Below the pieces are notes generated by a model. It worked only from the letters and a program-made list of their open reading frames with translations, did no database searches and had not been told where the DNA came from. From Amphiscolops sp. MND2022 (Eukaryota), in contig OZ076409.1 of the NCBI GenBank assembly GCA_964187785.1, forward strand, positions 58,592,001 to 58,656,000: 64,000 bases of DNA. The letters run 5' to 3'. Made by a program: the position numbers and the translations under genes. Each line of letters begins with the position of its first letter. The stretch's first letter is position 1. Below, piece after piece: positions 35,161-47,977 of this stretch.

Positions 35161-36222
35161 ATAGAATAGGAGCATGTCCAGTCGTTGTTGGTAAAACTAC
35201 AGAAACGTGGAATTGTCAGTGGCTTCAATGTTGGTAAGTAAAAAAGAGACTGTTAATTGACAAAAAATTGTCTAGAAAAACAGTAATTGTTTCATGAATT
35301 CATGTTGAAGTTGGTAATATGGAGAATTGGATGTCAAATTTGAGATGAAAAGCTTTCGATGTGCTGGTTGAAAACAGAGGGTCTTGACTTTTATCTATTT
35401 TTCTAAATGTTTGTCTAAATTTTCAGGTGCGATATAAATCATTGGGGTGAAGAAGTGATAGCCGAAGATTACGGCAGAAGCAGAGGCGACAGTGAAAATG
35501 CAACTAGTTCCAGCAGTGACGAAGATGTTGAGAAATCAATAGTCAAATCGGCACTCGAGGGTGCTCGAGTTCCCAAATGAGCAATAAAAATGAGTTCCAA
35601 GAGGCCCTATTAAGTGTCGTCCGACCATCTCGAATCCCTTACCACGAATGTTCTGTCTATAAACAAAAGGTCGGCTCCCGTATAGATGCTGATATGATGC
35701 GTTATATGATGCAAAAGGGTGTTAAACCGAAGAAGAATACCGAAGAATGGGATTCACTTCTGATACCAAAGGTGTCAACTTCCCGATACCCGAAGATGAA
35801 ATTGAGGATAAAGCACCTTTGCCGCCGCCGTTTGGATCAAAATGATCGACCCATCCAGGTTCAGTTTTGTTTTACCTGTTCGCCTTACGGTTTTGCTGAC
35901 AAAACTAGTAGTTCACCATTGAATGTAGAATATTTGCGGCGCTGTCTTGAGATGAAGCAGAAATTTTCTCGTTTGTTGATGCCAATTTTTGTAACAAATG
36001 TCTACTCTTCTAGAGGGCAGTCTTCTTACTATTGGAACCGCGAGAATGATTTGGTCAGTGAATTATTTGCAGTCGAAAGCCTCCATTTAGAGCAATCCTC
36101 AGCTGACTCACAAGTTTGAACGCGACAACTTTGATTGAGAGGGTGAACTGGAGCCGATCGATCCCGCGGCGTATGACGAAGCTCTCTCCAGGTTTGTAAA
36201 TCTTTTGAAACATTCACTCTAA
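35161..36222 (+). pseudogene. Unidentified gene with one intron (35234-35426), apparently frameshifted
   Basis: Acceptor at 35160, GTAAGT donor at 35234 and TTTCAG acceptor at 35426. One frame runs to TGA 35578 overlapping ATG 35577 of a 180-aa ORF, and a coding-like tail (EGELEPIDPAAYDEALSRFVNLLKHSL) lies in another frame after a stop. Confidence 0.4.
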
Positions 36223-36879
36223 AGCCCCTCTAAAAAGTTCAACGACTAAAATTCAAATATTCTTAAAACGTAGAATAAAGTGATGGTAACTCGTTTTTAA
36301 AACATACCGTAGGGTTTCAAAGTAATGGAGCTTTTACTTCAGTGTTCACAGAACATTTCATTGATTTCTTTTCGAAATGGTATATGAAGAAACGATACGA
36401 GCAGAAAAGGTCAATATTGAATAGGGTATCCTTTCTTCTGCTATATCAGCAATACAAGCGCTCAAGAATATCGTCCTGAAGGTTCTTGGCGAAATTATTT
36501 TTCGCCCATATTTCATGAGAAAGGAAAATATTAAAATCAGCTACGTTTTTTTTGAACAAAATTTGCCATGGTAATCCAAGTTGAACGGTTTTCTTTGATG
36601 TAAATTTAGTTTCATGCGATATGTATTTGTAGAGATTTTTGGACTTTTTTGGTTGACCCCAAAACGACAAAATTCTCCGATTTTTACCGTTTTTACGCAA
36701 TTTTTGTGAAATTTCTGAAAGACTTGGAGGCCTGGTATGTTAGAATCGTTGGAAAAAGAAAAAATTGGTTGTCCATGAGGAAAACTTTTTAAAATAGAAA
36801 AAAATGGTATAAATTGTTCTCAAATAGGCTTTTTGAAGAGTTATCTGCATGCTTATGTAAATGCTTCAAATTGATCCCA

Positions 36880-38453
36880 AAAATTGAAAAACTCGAATTT
36901 GACACTTTATAGCTTTTGAGCAAATTTTGTAAAAAGTAATTTAGCTCCAAACAAAATATCTAGGTTGGCAATTTGGCTTCTATAGGAAAATTGACAGTTG
37001 TATAGGAAGAAAAATACATTAGATTTACCAAAGCGTTCGAAAATACAGAATTTTGCAAACGTTGACTGTTTTTGTTTTGCAACTTTTTGTAAAGTGGTCG
37101 AAAGGTTTCGTGTGTTAAAAACATTCAGCAACGAACAAACAAGTGAACTTTTTCGGGTGAAAATGCAGTTTCTTGTGAGAAAAATGCCTCAAAATTTTCC
37201 GATTTCTGAGTTTCAGTGTATTTTATTGGAAATTAAGTATGTTGGTGAGTTAAAAGCTTCAAAAAGATCCAGATGATACAACTGAATTGACAGCACGCTT
37301 TCAAAAGAAGTTTGCAGGTTTTATGCAAAGATAATACCTCATAATGACCCCGAATAATGTTCGACGTTTTATGCAGGTTTTTTTTCTCGAAATTCTCCGA
37401 GGAATTTCGTGGCAAACAATAGTTTAAATACCCAACAACGACCAAGCCCTGCATCCAGTAGTTGTTTGTGAAATGATGAATGCATGAATTGTTAGAATCT
37501 GCCTCAAGAGCACCCCAAAAGCCAAAAAATGAGAAACTGTTTTTTTCGAGAACTTTTGTTAATTTTGTTCAATTCAAAATTTTTTGTAGAATAGAATTTC
37601 TATTGACCTGAACGTTGAAACAAAACTCCTGAGAAAGAAAATGGGATCAAGTTCCTCGAATATGAGAACAAACTAGTTTAAAAATCCGAAGTTTCTCATT
37701 TAGCGACCACATACTTCTAGTTTTGGACATTTTGCGAAAGTTGTCCTGAATTAAAATAAACATAGACTCAGGGACGAAACAGCTGCCAGTGCAGGTGTCG
37801 AAAAGCAGTTGTACTAAGCAAAAAAGTTACAAAATTCAAAAATTCGTCGGAAACCTTTTCGACCTGTTTATTTAGTAAGCTGGAAATTAAATAACCTTTT
37901 ATATAGTACACCTTTGAAGTTAATTTTCACAGTTTTTTATGTGGAAAAAAATGGAGAAACACTGCTCAAAATCCAAAAGAGTTTCACGCTTTCATGCAAT
38001 TTTTGTTGAATTTTCTAGCTATATCGTTGGTTAGAATGGTGTAAAGGTGTATATATGCGCCATTAACTGAATCCGGTATACAGTAGGCATTTTGGAAAAG
38101 ATATGGACAGTTTCTTGTCTCATAAGCGCGTCAAATTGACCCAAAGGAGAGGGAAATGTCCAATTTTTGAAATTTTTAGTGAAATTTGTTAAACAACATT
38201 TTGGTAGGTTAGGTATTCACTTAGTTCAACTACAAAGAAGGTTCAACAACAAAACAAACGTTCGGTACTTAGCGTTTTTTGAATCGGGTTTTACCTTTAA
38301 AAATGGGATAAGTAGAATCAAAAGTTTCAAAACTGTCATTCCTTCAAACTTCTTTGCATTTCCGTTGTACATTGGCTACTTTTAGCTTCAAATTCATGCC
38401 GTAGTAGAACAGTTTGGGTGGAAAATATTCCGCTGGTCAGCGAGCGTCTTGTT
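36880..38453 (+). mobile_element. Longer non-coding repeat (family B), Helentron-like 3' end
   Basis: Ends CGCTGGTCAGCGAGCGTCTTGTT (hairpin plus CTTGTT). A diverged inverted copy lies at 48687-50040. 5' boundary not found. Confidence 0.55.
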
Positions 38454-40590
38454 GTTTTTCTCCAGTTCCTTGGTGGCAAATAGGAAATTTTTTTCCAAAT
38501 GTGAATACATCTTGGAGACTCGAAGCTTTAGTTAGTATGTGCCAAAGATATTTCGATATTATTGATTTCGGATGGTAGTGGAGGCCAGCTCCCTGCAAAA
38601 CGAAAGCTTTCTTGAATTTTGCTTCGTGAGCCGGGGCATTGTCATGTTGGAAAAGTTGATGTATGTGTATATCTTGAGAAAATGGTCTCGCAAGTTCTTG
38701 ATGAAGCAGTCCGAATTAACTTTAGTTTGAATAGAAATCGACAATTTTTCTGCGAATACAGCGCCAAACCGTGAGTCCTTGCAAGAAGTATTTTTGAATT
38801 TTTTCAAAAAAATAATTTAGAACGTTCACTCATTCTTGATTTTTCTGGTCGAATAACGAAAAATTTTCTTCGGATTGAGCTCCTACCATGTCTTGGCGGT
38901 AAAAATGACAACTTTGCTTAGAAAATCACGAAATGTTTGGCTGTGAAACTGCATCATTTTGAAACACTACTGTACTTATATCCAAGAATCGCCAGTTAAT
39001 CCTATTCCAGGTGAAATTTGGTTTAATGAAATTTTCAAATTTCACTTGCATATAGAAGAATTGTGATTACATTTCGGACTTTCGTCTGTCCTTTGCCTGG
39101 AATTTAATCTCTTCTTATTTTACAGAGGCATTTGATCGGCCGGTCTCGTGCAGCAAAGAGCTAAGACAGCACAGTTTCGGGCCCTCTCTTCCAACAGCGA
39201 CCTTATCCTAGTCCAGGAGACGTGTTCAGCTAATCGGAGGGAACCTTCGGAATAAAGCGAAAGTTGATTCAATAACGTGTGTTACCCTATTACAAAAATC
39301 CCAAGCAAATCGAAAGGAGGTTAAATGTGTGTATCAGTTGGGTCAAAGACAGCTTCAGTTTGACACTGACCACGAGAGTGATGAGGCGGGCAGCCCCGAA
39401 GACAAGACAGAAAATTCCAAATGACAATGAAAATTATTTTTGCTGTCTGAAAACGTGGAATTTATAGCTCATTAAAAATGATTTTTTTCTGAGTTTGGTT
39501 TTTTCCCGCTCAAAAATTGTCAGGATAATGTGAGATTTGAGGCACGCGCTGTTTTACAGTTATGTTCAATCACCAATTTTAGTAATAGTCTTCAGAGATG
39601 TGAATTTAGATTAACATATAGACTACGGACTTACATTTTAGTTTAATCAATTTTTGAAAAATTTGTGATGGTGTTCAGTTCAGTTCACGAGGAATTTCTT
39701 AGTGCTTCTATAAACAAGTCGCGCTCAAGACTCAGATAGTAGAGTCTTTTGAAAATGCTCAACGACAAATAATGGGAAGGCATTTCATTTTTGAAATTGG
39801 TTGACTGTTTTTGATGCACTTACGAAATCACTTTTAAGACGTATATGGTTGACCGTTCGCATCACTGGTCATTGTCTTTCATTCTGTCAAATAAGGTATT
39901 GTTCTAGACTGTTCTAGTACTTTCTGTGGAATGCCACGAGTTTGCTTGTCTTTTCCCATGTGTGAGTAGATTTAAAATGAAGATTATCCCGGGGGAATTC
40001 ACTGTGGATTTCAAAGAATTTCATTCAAAATAGGTGAATCTTCAACGATGAATTTTCTGTCAACTGATGTACCACACAGCTAAGATATGACACCATTAAT
40101 TAGCGAAGCGGAGAAATTTCATAAGCAAATTGATTTAGCTGTAACCATTTTAATCGTAATTTTTCAAGAGTGCACACTACAATGACCACATATTCATTGT
40201 TTCATGTGACAACTAGCATTCAAAAGTCCGTTAGAAATCTACCAAAATCCATTGAATTTTGACACGGATTTCCTGAAATCACTGAAAAGTTGTATTCGAA
40301 GTGTTTGTTCCATCCATAAGCAACTACACGCTTTTTGACGGTCAGCTTTCCTCTCAAATTCGAAAATTTCCCACTCTGGAATTTACCTATAGAATGCTTT
40401 GTGTATGAAATTAGACCATCGAATAGATCTTTGTTTTGATGCATTGCAAGTATGAGAGCATAGCAGTTTCGACAGTATCCACAGCGAGCGTCGACACAGG
40501 ATGCTCAATTGGAATCGACCTCGTACATTTGTTTGCTGAAATGTTATTTTTTAAATCTTAGTCTTGTTCATTTGTTTGAGATAAAGGCCA

Positions 40591-40700
40591 ATGTCGAGCA
40601 CTCACAAAACACCGTCATCGTCAAATAAGAAGAAACCTAAGGTGCAAGCCGAATGGTTCGAATGTTTGAGATGCGAGTGTAAGATCCCTTCTCACTCCAG
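40591..40700 (+). CDS. Probable first coding exon of SPATA5/AFG2A
   Basis: MSSTHKTPSSSNKKKPKVQAEWFECLRCECKIPSHS: basic patch and WxxCxxC, followed by AG|GTATCA donor. Intermediate exons unresolved. Confidence 0.5.
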
Positions 40701-43030
40701 GTATCATTCAAGTATCCTTATACTACGAGTTAATTCTTTTTTAATGCTGATGAATACAAGCACACGTAGCTGAGTTTTTAGCTACAACAATACGCCCACC
40801 AAGCATCAGCATATTTCGTTCACGTTTTCTATAGCAGAGGGTGGAAACGGAGAAGCTAGTGGCTCAATGTCGACGAAAAGTTCGGAAATTTTTCAAACCT
40901 TGCACAAAAAGTTGAAGTGAATCAGTTTTGATATTTTTTGTTCTGGCAACTTACTAAGGAAAAAGTTACAAGAAACAAAAGTACCATAACTGATTCACTT
41001 GAACGTTTGAACGTTTTGTGCAAGTTTTGAACCGCTTCCAAGCGTTTTTGTGGATACTTTTTCAGTAATCTTATCTGTTTTCACTTGTTGCTCAGACATC
41101 TCCATTAATATATAATGTTTACTTCGAAGCTAATCTCTATTTCGTTGTATTGTATGCAAAGAGCTCCATCTTTTGACTTGGAAAAATGTTTTTTTTTAAA
41201 GGCGGCTAAGGAATTATTCTGGGCTACTGAATTATGGACGGAAAGAAGTTCGGTATGAACCGGTGTGGTTCCTTTTGTTTTCATCGTTTGGAGCATTTCT
41301 TGACTACTTTATTTGAATAGGAATGAAATAATTAAAGTTTTAGAAACCAGTCCTTTAAAACTGATGTCATCTTCCGCGAACGACATAAGTCGGTGCCCCA
41401 CTTAAGACTCAAAATGCGCAAATTACTTCAATGCTCCAAGGAATTCTTCTTGAACAATTCTCAATCTCAGTAAAAAAAACACAAAAGTACTTCAACAAAG
41501 GGTCGAGTATTTTTTTTTAAATCTCTGCTGAAAACTCGTTGTTTTGGACTTGAAAGGATTTTTCTCTTTGAAAAATCAAAGCTGAAACAACGCTTTTGTG
41601 AAATAAAATTTTTCCCTTAAAAGTCGGTCTGTGACGAAAAACCCACAAGGGGAACCTTTGTGGTTGAAAGACCTTTTATTAAAAATATCACAAAAACAAA
41701 GCCGGACCCAGTGTTTTGACGTGTATTACAGTAGCTTGTACCTTACTCGGGTATTGTCACAAGACAAAAGAGTATAGTACATACACGATTGTTTTCTACA
41801 ATACCGGACAAGATCTTCCTGTATTATAAATTATCGGCAAGCGTGTAAACTTATAGAGCACGCATTAGAAATTGCTATACCTCAATCCGACCTAACAAGA
41901 TGGAATTCGGAGTTAAGGTTATTCGAAACGATCTTTTAAAACAGTGATTCTATCAACAGCTCGCTTGCTAGTTGTGGGTTTGGTTCGCTCGAACTAAACA
42001 CTCATGAAAAGCAGACTTTGGGCGAAATTGTACCAGTTTTAGAATAATTTTTTCCATTAAGAATATTTTAGGTAAATAAACTTTATATATAAAGATGGAA
42101 AAATACCGTTTATAGTACTTGAGTATCTCGGAATACCTACCGTTACATACAAGAAATTTTGAATGTTATACATAAAATACCGAGTACCGGAAACTTTTAT
42201 ACTCGTCAAATCAATGGTCGTGCCTCTTTTTGGAAAATCCACCTTTTTTAGCAAACCAAATAGCTAATTTGGCATCCAGCATGAAATGGTCAATTCGACC
42301 GGATTGAAATAATAAACAACGAGAAGCCAATTCAATAAATAAAGCGCGAAGTTCTAAATGGAATTTAATTCATGAAGGGCCATCTAACATGAAGCGCTGT
42401 CTAAAACTTGAGGATTTCTTCTGGTACTTAGTCTGAAGTTTGGAACTTTGATTTTAGGGATAAACACAAATGTGAGCAGTCTCCAATACCACCTTTCATC
42501 ACAAAGTACAACGGACGACATTTTCTGGTGACCAACACTGGCCATTTTTTGTTCACGAAGCAGGGTTGTCATGTTTTCAACAGGTCCGTTAAGAACAGTT
42601 TGGAACTCATCGAAAATAAATTTGTACCTCTCATTTGTTTCAGAGCACATTTAATTCTCTCAATGTTATGAATGCTGGAATTTTCTCAATGTTATGAATG
42701 CTGGAGGTATTCGCGCTCAACTTGGCTGTGAGAAAACAAAAAGTTTCCATGATTCGTCATAAACTACAATGGTTAATTTTCTGTTAAATTGTTTCTTTTG
42801 TAGAGAGGTCATGAATAAAATTACTGTATTTATCGCAGCTAAGGCCGCGACGTTCATTCTTTAAACCGATCCAAAACTCGGTTTTCAAAAGAGCTGCTTT
42901 TTTCCGAAAAATTCGGTACATATTCGCCTTTTACTGTTGACTCTCAGTTTTGGTTGAAACCGTGAAATACTACTTGTTTGAAGCGTGAAATTGTTGAAAA
43001 TGTTTTCATGACAATCTTGTTGCGGAGCAG

Positions 43031-45484
43031 GTCTCGGAAAGAGCTGCCACTTCTTATTCGTTCCGGTCTCTCAGTACTCCGGATCCTCTGAGCCTCAATA
43101 ACGAGAATCGCCGACAAGAGGAATTTGAACTTGATTCTGATTACTCGTTCGGCTCCAGAAGAAGTTCTAAAAAGACAGAACATTTTTTGAAACTATCTTT
43201 CGAAACTATGTTGCAACTGAAACTAGCAATCGGAGACTGGGTTTATGTCAATATCATTGGACACGGGCTGCTTTTGTCTGGCAAAGGGTACAACTTTGTA
43301 GCTCAGGTAGCGCCATCTAGCGTTTTAAAAGGTGGTGATGCGAAGTATGAACTTCCTCGGGAGGTTGCATCTCAATTAACGAAGAATAAAGCCGAAGTTT
43401 ATTTGTCTCCAATTGCCCTTCAAGAATGCAGAGAGTTTTCGGGTGTGACTTTCAGACGCGAAGACAAAGAGAGTTTTAGAGATTACCCTTTTGAAGAAAA
43501 ATTGGAGCAACAAATGATTCGAAATGCATTCAAAGAGAAGCTGTGTTTTATGGGAGAAGTTTACCGTGTGGATTGTTACAGAGTGCAGACCACTTTCAAA
43601 ATCGTCGGCACCAATAGTCTTGAGAGTGACTTGCAAAATTTAGGTTTTTTGGATTCGGATGTGAAAGATTTCTCGTGCGGTGATGCTCGAAGCAAATACA
43701 ATACGAACAGCTCCTTAGACGGTCAAACAACTTCGGACAAAATCGATTATCTAGGAAGGGCAGAAACTTTTTTCCACCGACCCGAATTCGGGTTTTGTTC
43801 GGCAAACACAGATATAAGTTTGCTGTATGATTTTAACCCTCAGTGTTTCGACTCTAACTTTGGCGAGGAGCAGATGAAAAAACGCGGGTTTGTCAAATTT
43901 GGTGGTTACCAGAGCTTGAAAGATCGGCTTCGAAAGGAAATAGTTACAAATATAGTTCCTGGAGATAAACCAAATTTAAGAGTGTCGAATCTGCTTTCAA
44001 AGGATAAAATTGTAACAGGAATTGTTATCCATGGTTGCACTGGGGTTGGAAAAAGTTTGCTGGCTAAATTGATTGTTGAGGAGTTGAAAATAGACCCTCA
44101 GTTAGTTTTCACAGAGATTCCAACCGGTTCAAAAAGAACTCATCATGCAAATTTAATTTCCAAACCATGCGTTTACATACTTGATGATTTACAGTTCAAG
44201 ATGCTGGGAAGTGGCCAAAAACTTGGAGCTGATCAAAACTTGAGTGAGAAACTTTTTCCTGCTGATATTCGTAAGTTTTTCGACAAGCTGAGATTTCGAG
44301 TTCAAAACAAAGTTTTTGTTATTGGAATTTGTTCTGACATCGAAATGCTTGACATAGCTTTAAGGAGAGACGGCTACTTTGAACTGGAATATGAAATCCC
44401 GGCACCTTCGCAAAAAGACCGTTCGAGTATTTTGAACATTCTAGTTGAGAAGTCTTTTAGTCATCTTTCGCTAAAGCCTGAAGACATGCAGGAAATATCT
44501 GAGCGAACACATGGGTATACTGCCAGCGATTTGATCTCACTTCTAAAGCGGGTATCTTCAGAAATGCAGGACGGAAGTTTCGAGGCAGGAACTTGGAAAG
44601 ACGTCATTGCTAAAGTGAGACCTTCTGCAATGAAAGAAATTGTCTTGGATATCCCAAAGGTCAGATGGACTGATATTGGTGGTCAAAACGAACTAAAACA
44701 GGTATTGAAGCAATGTATAGAGTGGCCCATTCAAAAACCGGAACTTTTCCGGTCTTTTAATATAAAACCTCCGAGGGGTATTTTGCTGTATGGACCTCCT
44801 GGTTGCTCAAAAACCATGATTGCCAAAGCCATCGCCACCGAGACTGGGTTGAATTTCTTGAGCGTCAAAGGTCCTGAAATTTTCGATAAGTACGTCGGCC
44901 AATCTGAAAAGTCAATTCGCAAACTTTTTCAGAAAGCGAGGTTGGCTGCTCCAGTTATAATATTTTTCGACGAAATTGATGCCATAGCCCCTGCACGTGG
45001 AAATTCGTCAACCAATAGCGTTTCAGACCGAGTTCTCACGCAACTTCTGTCCGAGTTGGACGGTATTGAAAAACTTGATGACGTAACGATTGTTGCCGCG
45101 ACTAATAGACCTGATATTATTGATCCTGCTTTGCTGAGGCCCGGGAGAATTGACAAACTGATTTACGTTCCTTTGCCTGATCAAGAAACCCGAAGGCAAA
45201 TTATTGATTTGAAACTGAAGAAACTTCCAACCAGTAATGAAGCAGAAAATTCCATTGACGTCGAAGGTTTGGTTTCAAGGACCTTGGGATTTTCGGGCGC
45301 CGAAGTTTGTGCTTTATGTGACGAAGCTGCCATGTTAGCCCTTGTGAGGTCAACTATGGAAAGCACTCCGAATGATAAAACGTTTATAATCGGGTCGGAT
45401 TTTGAACAAGCTTTTCAGAAAGTTAAACCTTTGACAGACGAAAGAACTTGGAAAAAATTAGAGAATTTTGCGACAGGGAGATAA
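43031..45484 (+). CDS. SPATA5: AAA+ ATPase SPATA5/AFG2A (Drg1/Afg2 orthologue), large terminal exon
   Basis: Two AAA modules. D2 has WTDIGGQ, GILLYGPPGCSKT (AFG2-type Walker A), FFDEIDA and ATNRPDIIDPALLRPGRID. The frame is open from a CAG acceptor at 43030. Confidence 0.85.
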   Translation, partial: VSERAATSYSFRSLSTPDPLSLNNENRRQEEFELDSDYSFGSRRSSKKTEHFLKLSFETMLQLKLAIGDWVYVNIIGHGLLLSGKGYNFVAQVAPSSVLKGGDAKYELPREVASQLTKNKAEVYLSPIALQECREFSGVTFRREDKESFRDYPFEEKLEQQMIRNAFKEKLCFMGEVYRVDCYRVQTTFKIVGTNSLESDLQNLGFLDSDVKDFSCGDARSKYNTNSSLDGQTTSDKIDYLGRAETFFHRPEFGFCSANTDISLLYDFNPQCFDSNFGEEQMKKRGFVKFGGYQSLKDRLRKEIVTNIVPGDKPNLRVSNLLSKDKIVTGIVIHGCTGVGKSLLAKLIVEELKIDPQLVFTEIPTGSKRTHHANLISKPCVYILDDLQFKMLGSGQKLGADQNLSEKLFPADIRKFFDKLRFRVQNKVFVIGICSDIEMLDIALRRDGYFELEYEIPAPSQKDRSSILNILVEKSFSHLSLKPEDMQEISERTHGYTASDLISLLKRVSSEMQDGSFEAGTWKDVIAKVRPSAMKEIVLDIPKVRWTDIGGQNELKQVLKQCIEWPIQKPELFRSFNIKPPRGILLYGPPGCSKTMIAKAIATETGLNFLSVKGPEIFDKYVGQSEKSIRKLFQKARLAAPVIIFFDEIDAIAPARGNSSTNSVSDRVLTQLLSELDGIEKLDDVTIVAATNRPDIIDPALLRPGRIDKLIYVPLPDQETRRQIIDLKLKKLPTSNEAENSIDVEGLVSRTLGFSGAEVCALCDEAAMLALVRSTMESTPNDKTFIIGSDFEQAFQKVKPLTDERTWKKLENFATGR

Positions 45485-45574
45485 TTGCTCGAGTGGATGC
45501 TGAATTTTTTATTGGTGCTGTCCAGAATTTGCTCGAGTGGATGCTGAATTTTTTATTGGTGCTGTCCAGAATTT
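45485..45574 (+). repeat. 44-bp tandem duplication immediately after the SPATA5 stop
   Basis: TTGCTCGAGTGGATGCTGAATTTTTTATTGGTGCTGTCCAGAAT occurs twice. Confidence 0.9.
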
Positions 45575-45815
45575 GGAATTTGTTTTGACTTTTGATTTTT
45601 TTCTGAATTGAGATTTGGGTCATATTTTTTGTAAGGCAGATTCTGATCCCTCAAATGGCTATGAAGAAGCAGACAAGTTTATGGGTTTAAGTTTATTATC
45701 TACAAATTTTCAGTCTGATTTCATGTTTATAACTCGTTAGGAAATGTTTACAAAGCTCTACTTCAGCAAGAAACATTAGTCAACTTTTAACTGATCAATA
45801 TGAGAATTTCGCTTG

Positions 45816-46170
45816 TTTTTAGTCGGCGTTTTCTAGTGGAAAGTGCCCGGCTATTACAGTGGCTAGTTTTTTCTCAGACCAAAGAGCTCAACCTGTGTGT
45901 ATCACTTTTTGTGCCTCATGCACTTTTACCAAAAGAACTTAGTAATTCATTTTGAACGCATCCAAAGCCTAAAACATGAAATACAAAACCATTGCAAAGC
46001 AGAAGGGCCCCCTTTCCAATTTTTCGCACTATGAGACTTTCACAGCCCCTTTTTCGGCTTTGTGAGGAAGATCTTTGTGAGTCCCCTCTTCAATTTTTTT
46101 GATATTTTGCAACAAACTGGATTTTAAAAAGGTTCAAACGGTCCCCCCTTTACAATTTTAAAAACTTATG
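45816..46170 (+). mobile_element. 5' portion of a family A Helentron-like element
   Basis: TTTTTAGTCGGCGTTTTCTAGTGGAAAGTGCCCGGCTATTACAG is the reverse complement of the family right end. Right boundary approximate. Confidence 0.6.
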
Positions 46171-46267
46171 CTACAAGAATGCAACTTAGTTGGCTGGAGT
46201 TATTTTTCTAGATTAATAATTCAAAGTTGTCCGTATTTTGAAAAAGCTGGGGCCCGATTCAGGATTA

Positions 46268-46317
46268 CCAGAAATTTCGTCGTCGGAAATTTTGTCGCCA
46301 GAAATTTCGTCGTCGGT
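46268..46317. repeat. 15-bp minisatellite
   Basis: CCAGAAATTTCGTCG / TCGGAAATTTTGTCG / CCAGAAATTTCGTCG. Confidence 0.8.
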
Positions 46318-47977
46318 GATTACGTTCTATAAACAGTCGCATTTTCTCTAATTTATTAGGAATCGTTTTATTATTGAGTCTTAATAAGTATCGAGTCTTG
46401 TTAATTATCTTAATAATTATTGATAATTGTGCAATTATTGCCATCATTGACTGTTTTTATTTATGATTTTGAGAGAAAAAGTTTCGGATCATGCTTATAA
46501 ACACCCTAAAGCCATACCCCCACCCAGATACACCTTGTTTCGTATCTCCCAACACGAAGTTGTTTCGACACTTGAAGCAAAAATTACCAAGATGTTTTGA
46601 TAGTTTTCTGAACAACCCCTGGAGGAAGCTTAAATAGTTTTGTAAAGCCCCGGTAAGTAAGTAGCTCCACAGGTAGGACTGTTGCTCAATACCATTGCTC
46701 AATAAGCGTCTTGATGAGTTGATTGGATGCAATTAACTTTTTGACTTTAATTTGGTGTTAAATAATTTAAATGATATCTTTTCGTGAACGCTGTTAATTC
46801 GAATCAATACAACGAAGTTTCCGCCTGCCCGTTTCAGGCTCAAAAATAGCTTTGTTCCAATGTGACCGGTAAAATTTTCCTAAAATTCCGCAATTTTTCA
46901 CTTCGAAAAATTTTTTCAGAAGTTTTGGGCTCAAAATGGCTTTCCATACAAGGAACATGAAGTTCTTTTGGTGAAGTGAGAAAATTTTCAGAAGCACAGT
47001 TCCAAGTAAATTCAAAGTTGGAAACTGAAAGAATTATTTAAAAAATTAAACGTTTCCTAAACGTTTGTAATGGAGCAACGGCGTCTCCGAAATTTCTAGT
47101 GGGAGAGGCGACATGAATGTTTTTCAGTGACAAATCTTGAATGTACGTAAGTTTTGCATTTTGAAATATGGCAAGATTTTTCATAACCGAGAAAGAAAAT
47201 GAAAGCCACAAAAATCTCTTTCTGTTCCCCTTCTCCCACATCAAAATTTTTGAAAAAAAATTTAAACAGCCGATTTAAAAATGTTCAACTTATTTGTCAA
47301 GTAACCCAGTTGAATTTTTTCAAGGAGGTGCCCCCCTAAAGGCGCCACTGTAATGGAGCCTGATTATACTGGTTCTCTCGGAATTGGAATTTTTAAAATC
47401 TTCCACTGCATATAATTCCAAGTTATCGCCCACTCTACCCAGCCACGCGGAGGCTGCATCAACCATTCAAAAAGAAGAAAGTTCATTTATTTAGATGCAT
47501 AGGATTATCAATCTCTGGACCTTTGATTCAAATCTCCAACTTTTGAATGCAACACTTTCTGAAAACGGCGTCCGAATTTACTTCGCAAAATGATCACAAA
47601 ATGCGAAATCGTGTTTTTACTCCGTAAAACTTTTGACGAGATTATATGTTTTTGGCTGTTCATTTATCAATGTTTCAATTATAGAATAATTGCTATATAT
47701 GAATGGTAAAAAACGGTGTCACGGCTACGAAAATAATAGAAGGAGCTTTTTCTGACTAGTAGTTTCTGAGATATGGCTTAATAAAGTTCAAAAATTTCCA
47801 GAATTCTTCGAAATACGTGATATAACGATTTCCAACCGAAAATTTATTTACTGATGAAAATTTGACTTTTGCTCCTGAGACTTTTTTGTAAAATGAATTT
47901 GATGAAAGATTTCGCGCTTTGGAAATACTCGTACGCCAAATGGGCTCTAACGTTTTGGTACACTGGTATAAATATTG

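Noticed and set aside
35560..35590. Antizyme-type +1 frameshift
   Set aside because: The shift needed is -1/+2, there is no UCC-UGA context, and there is no antizyme similarity.
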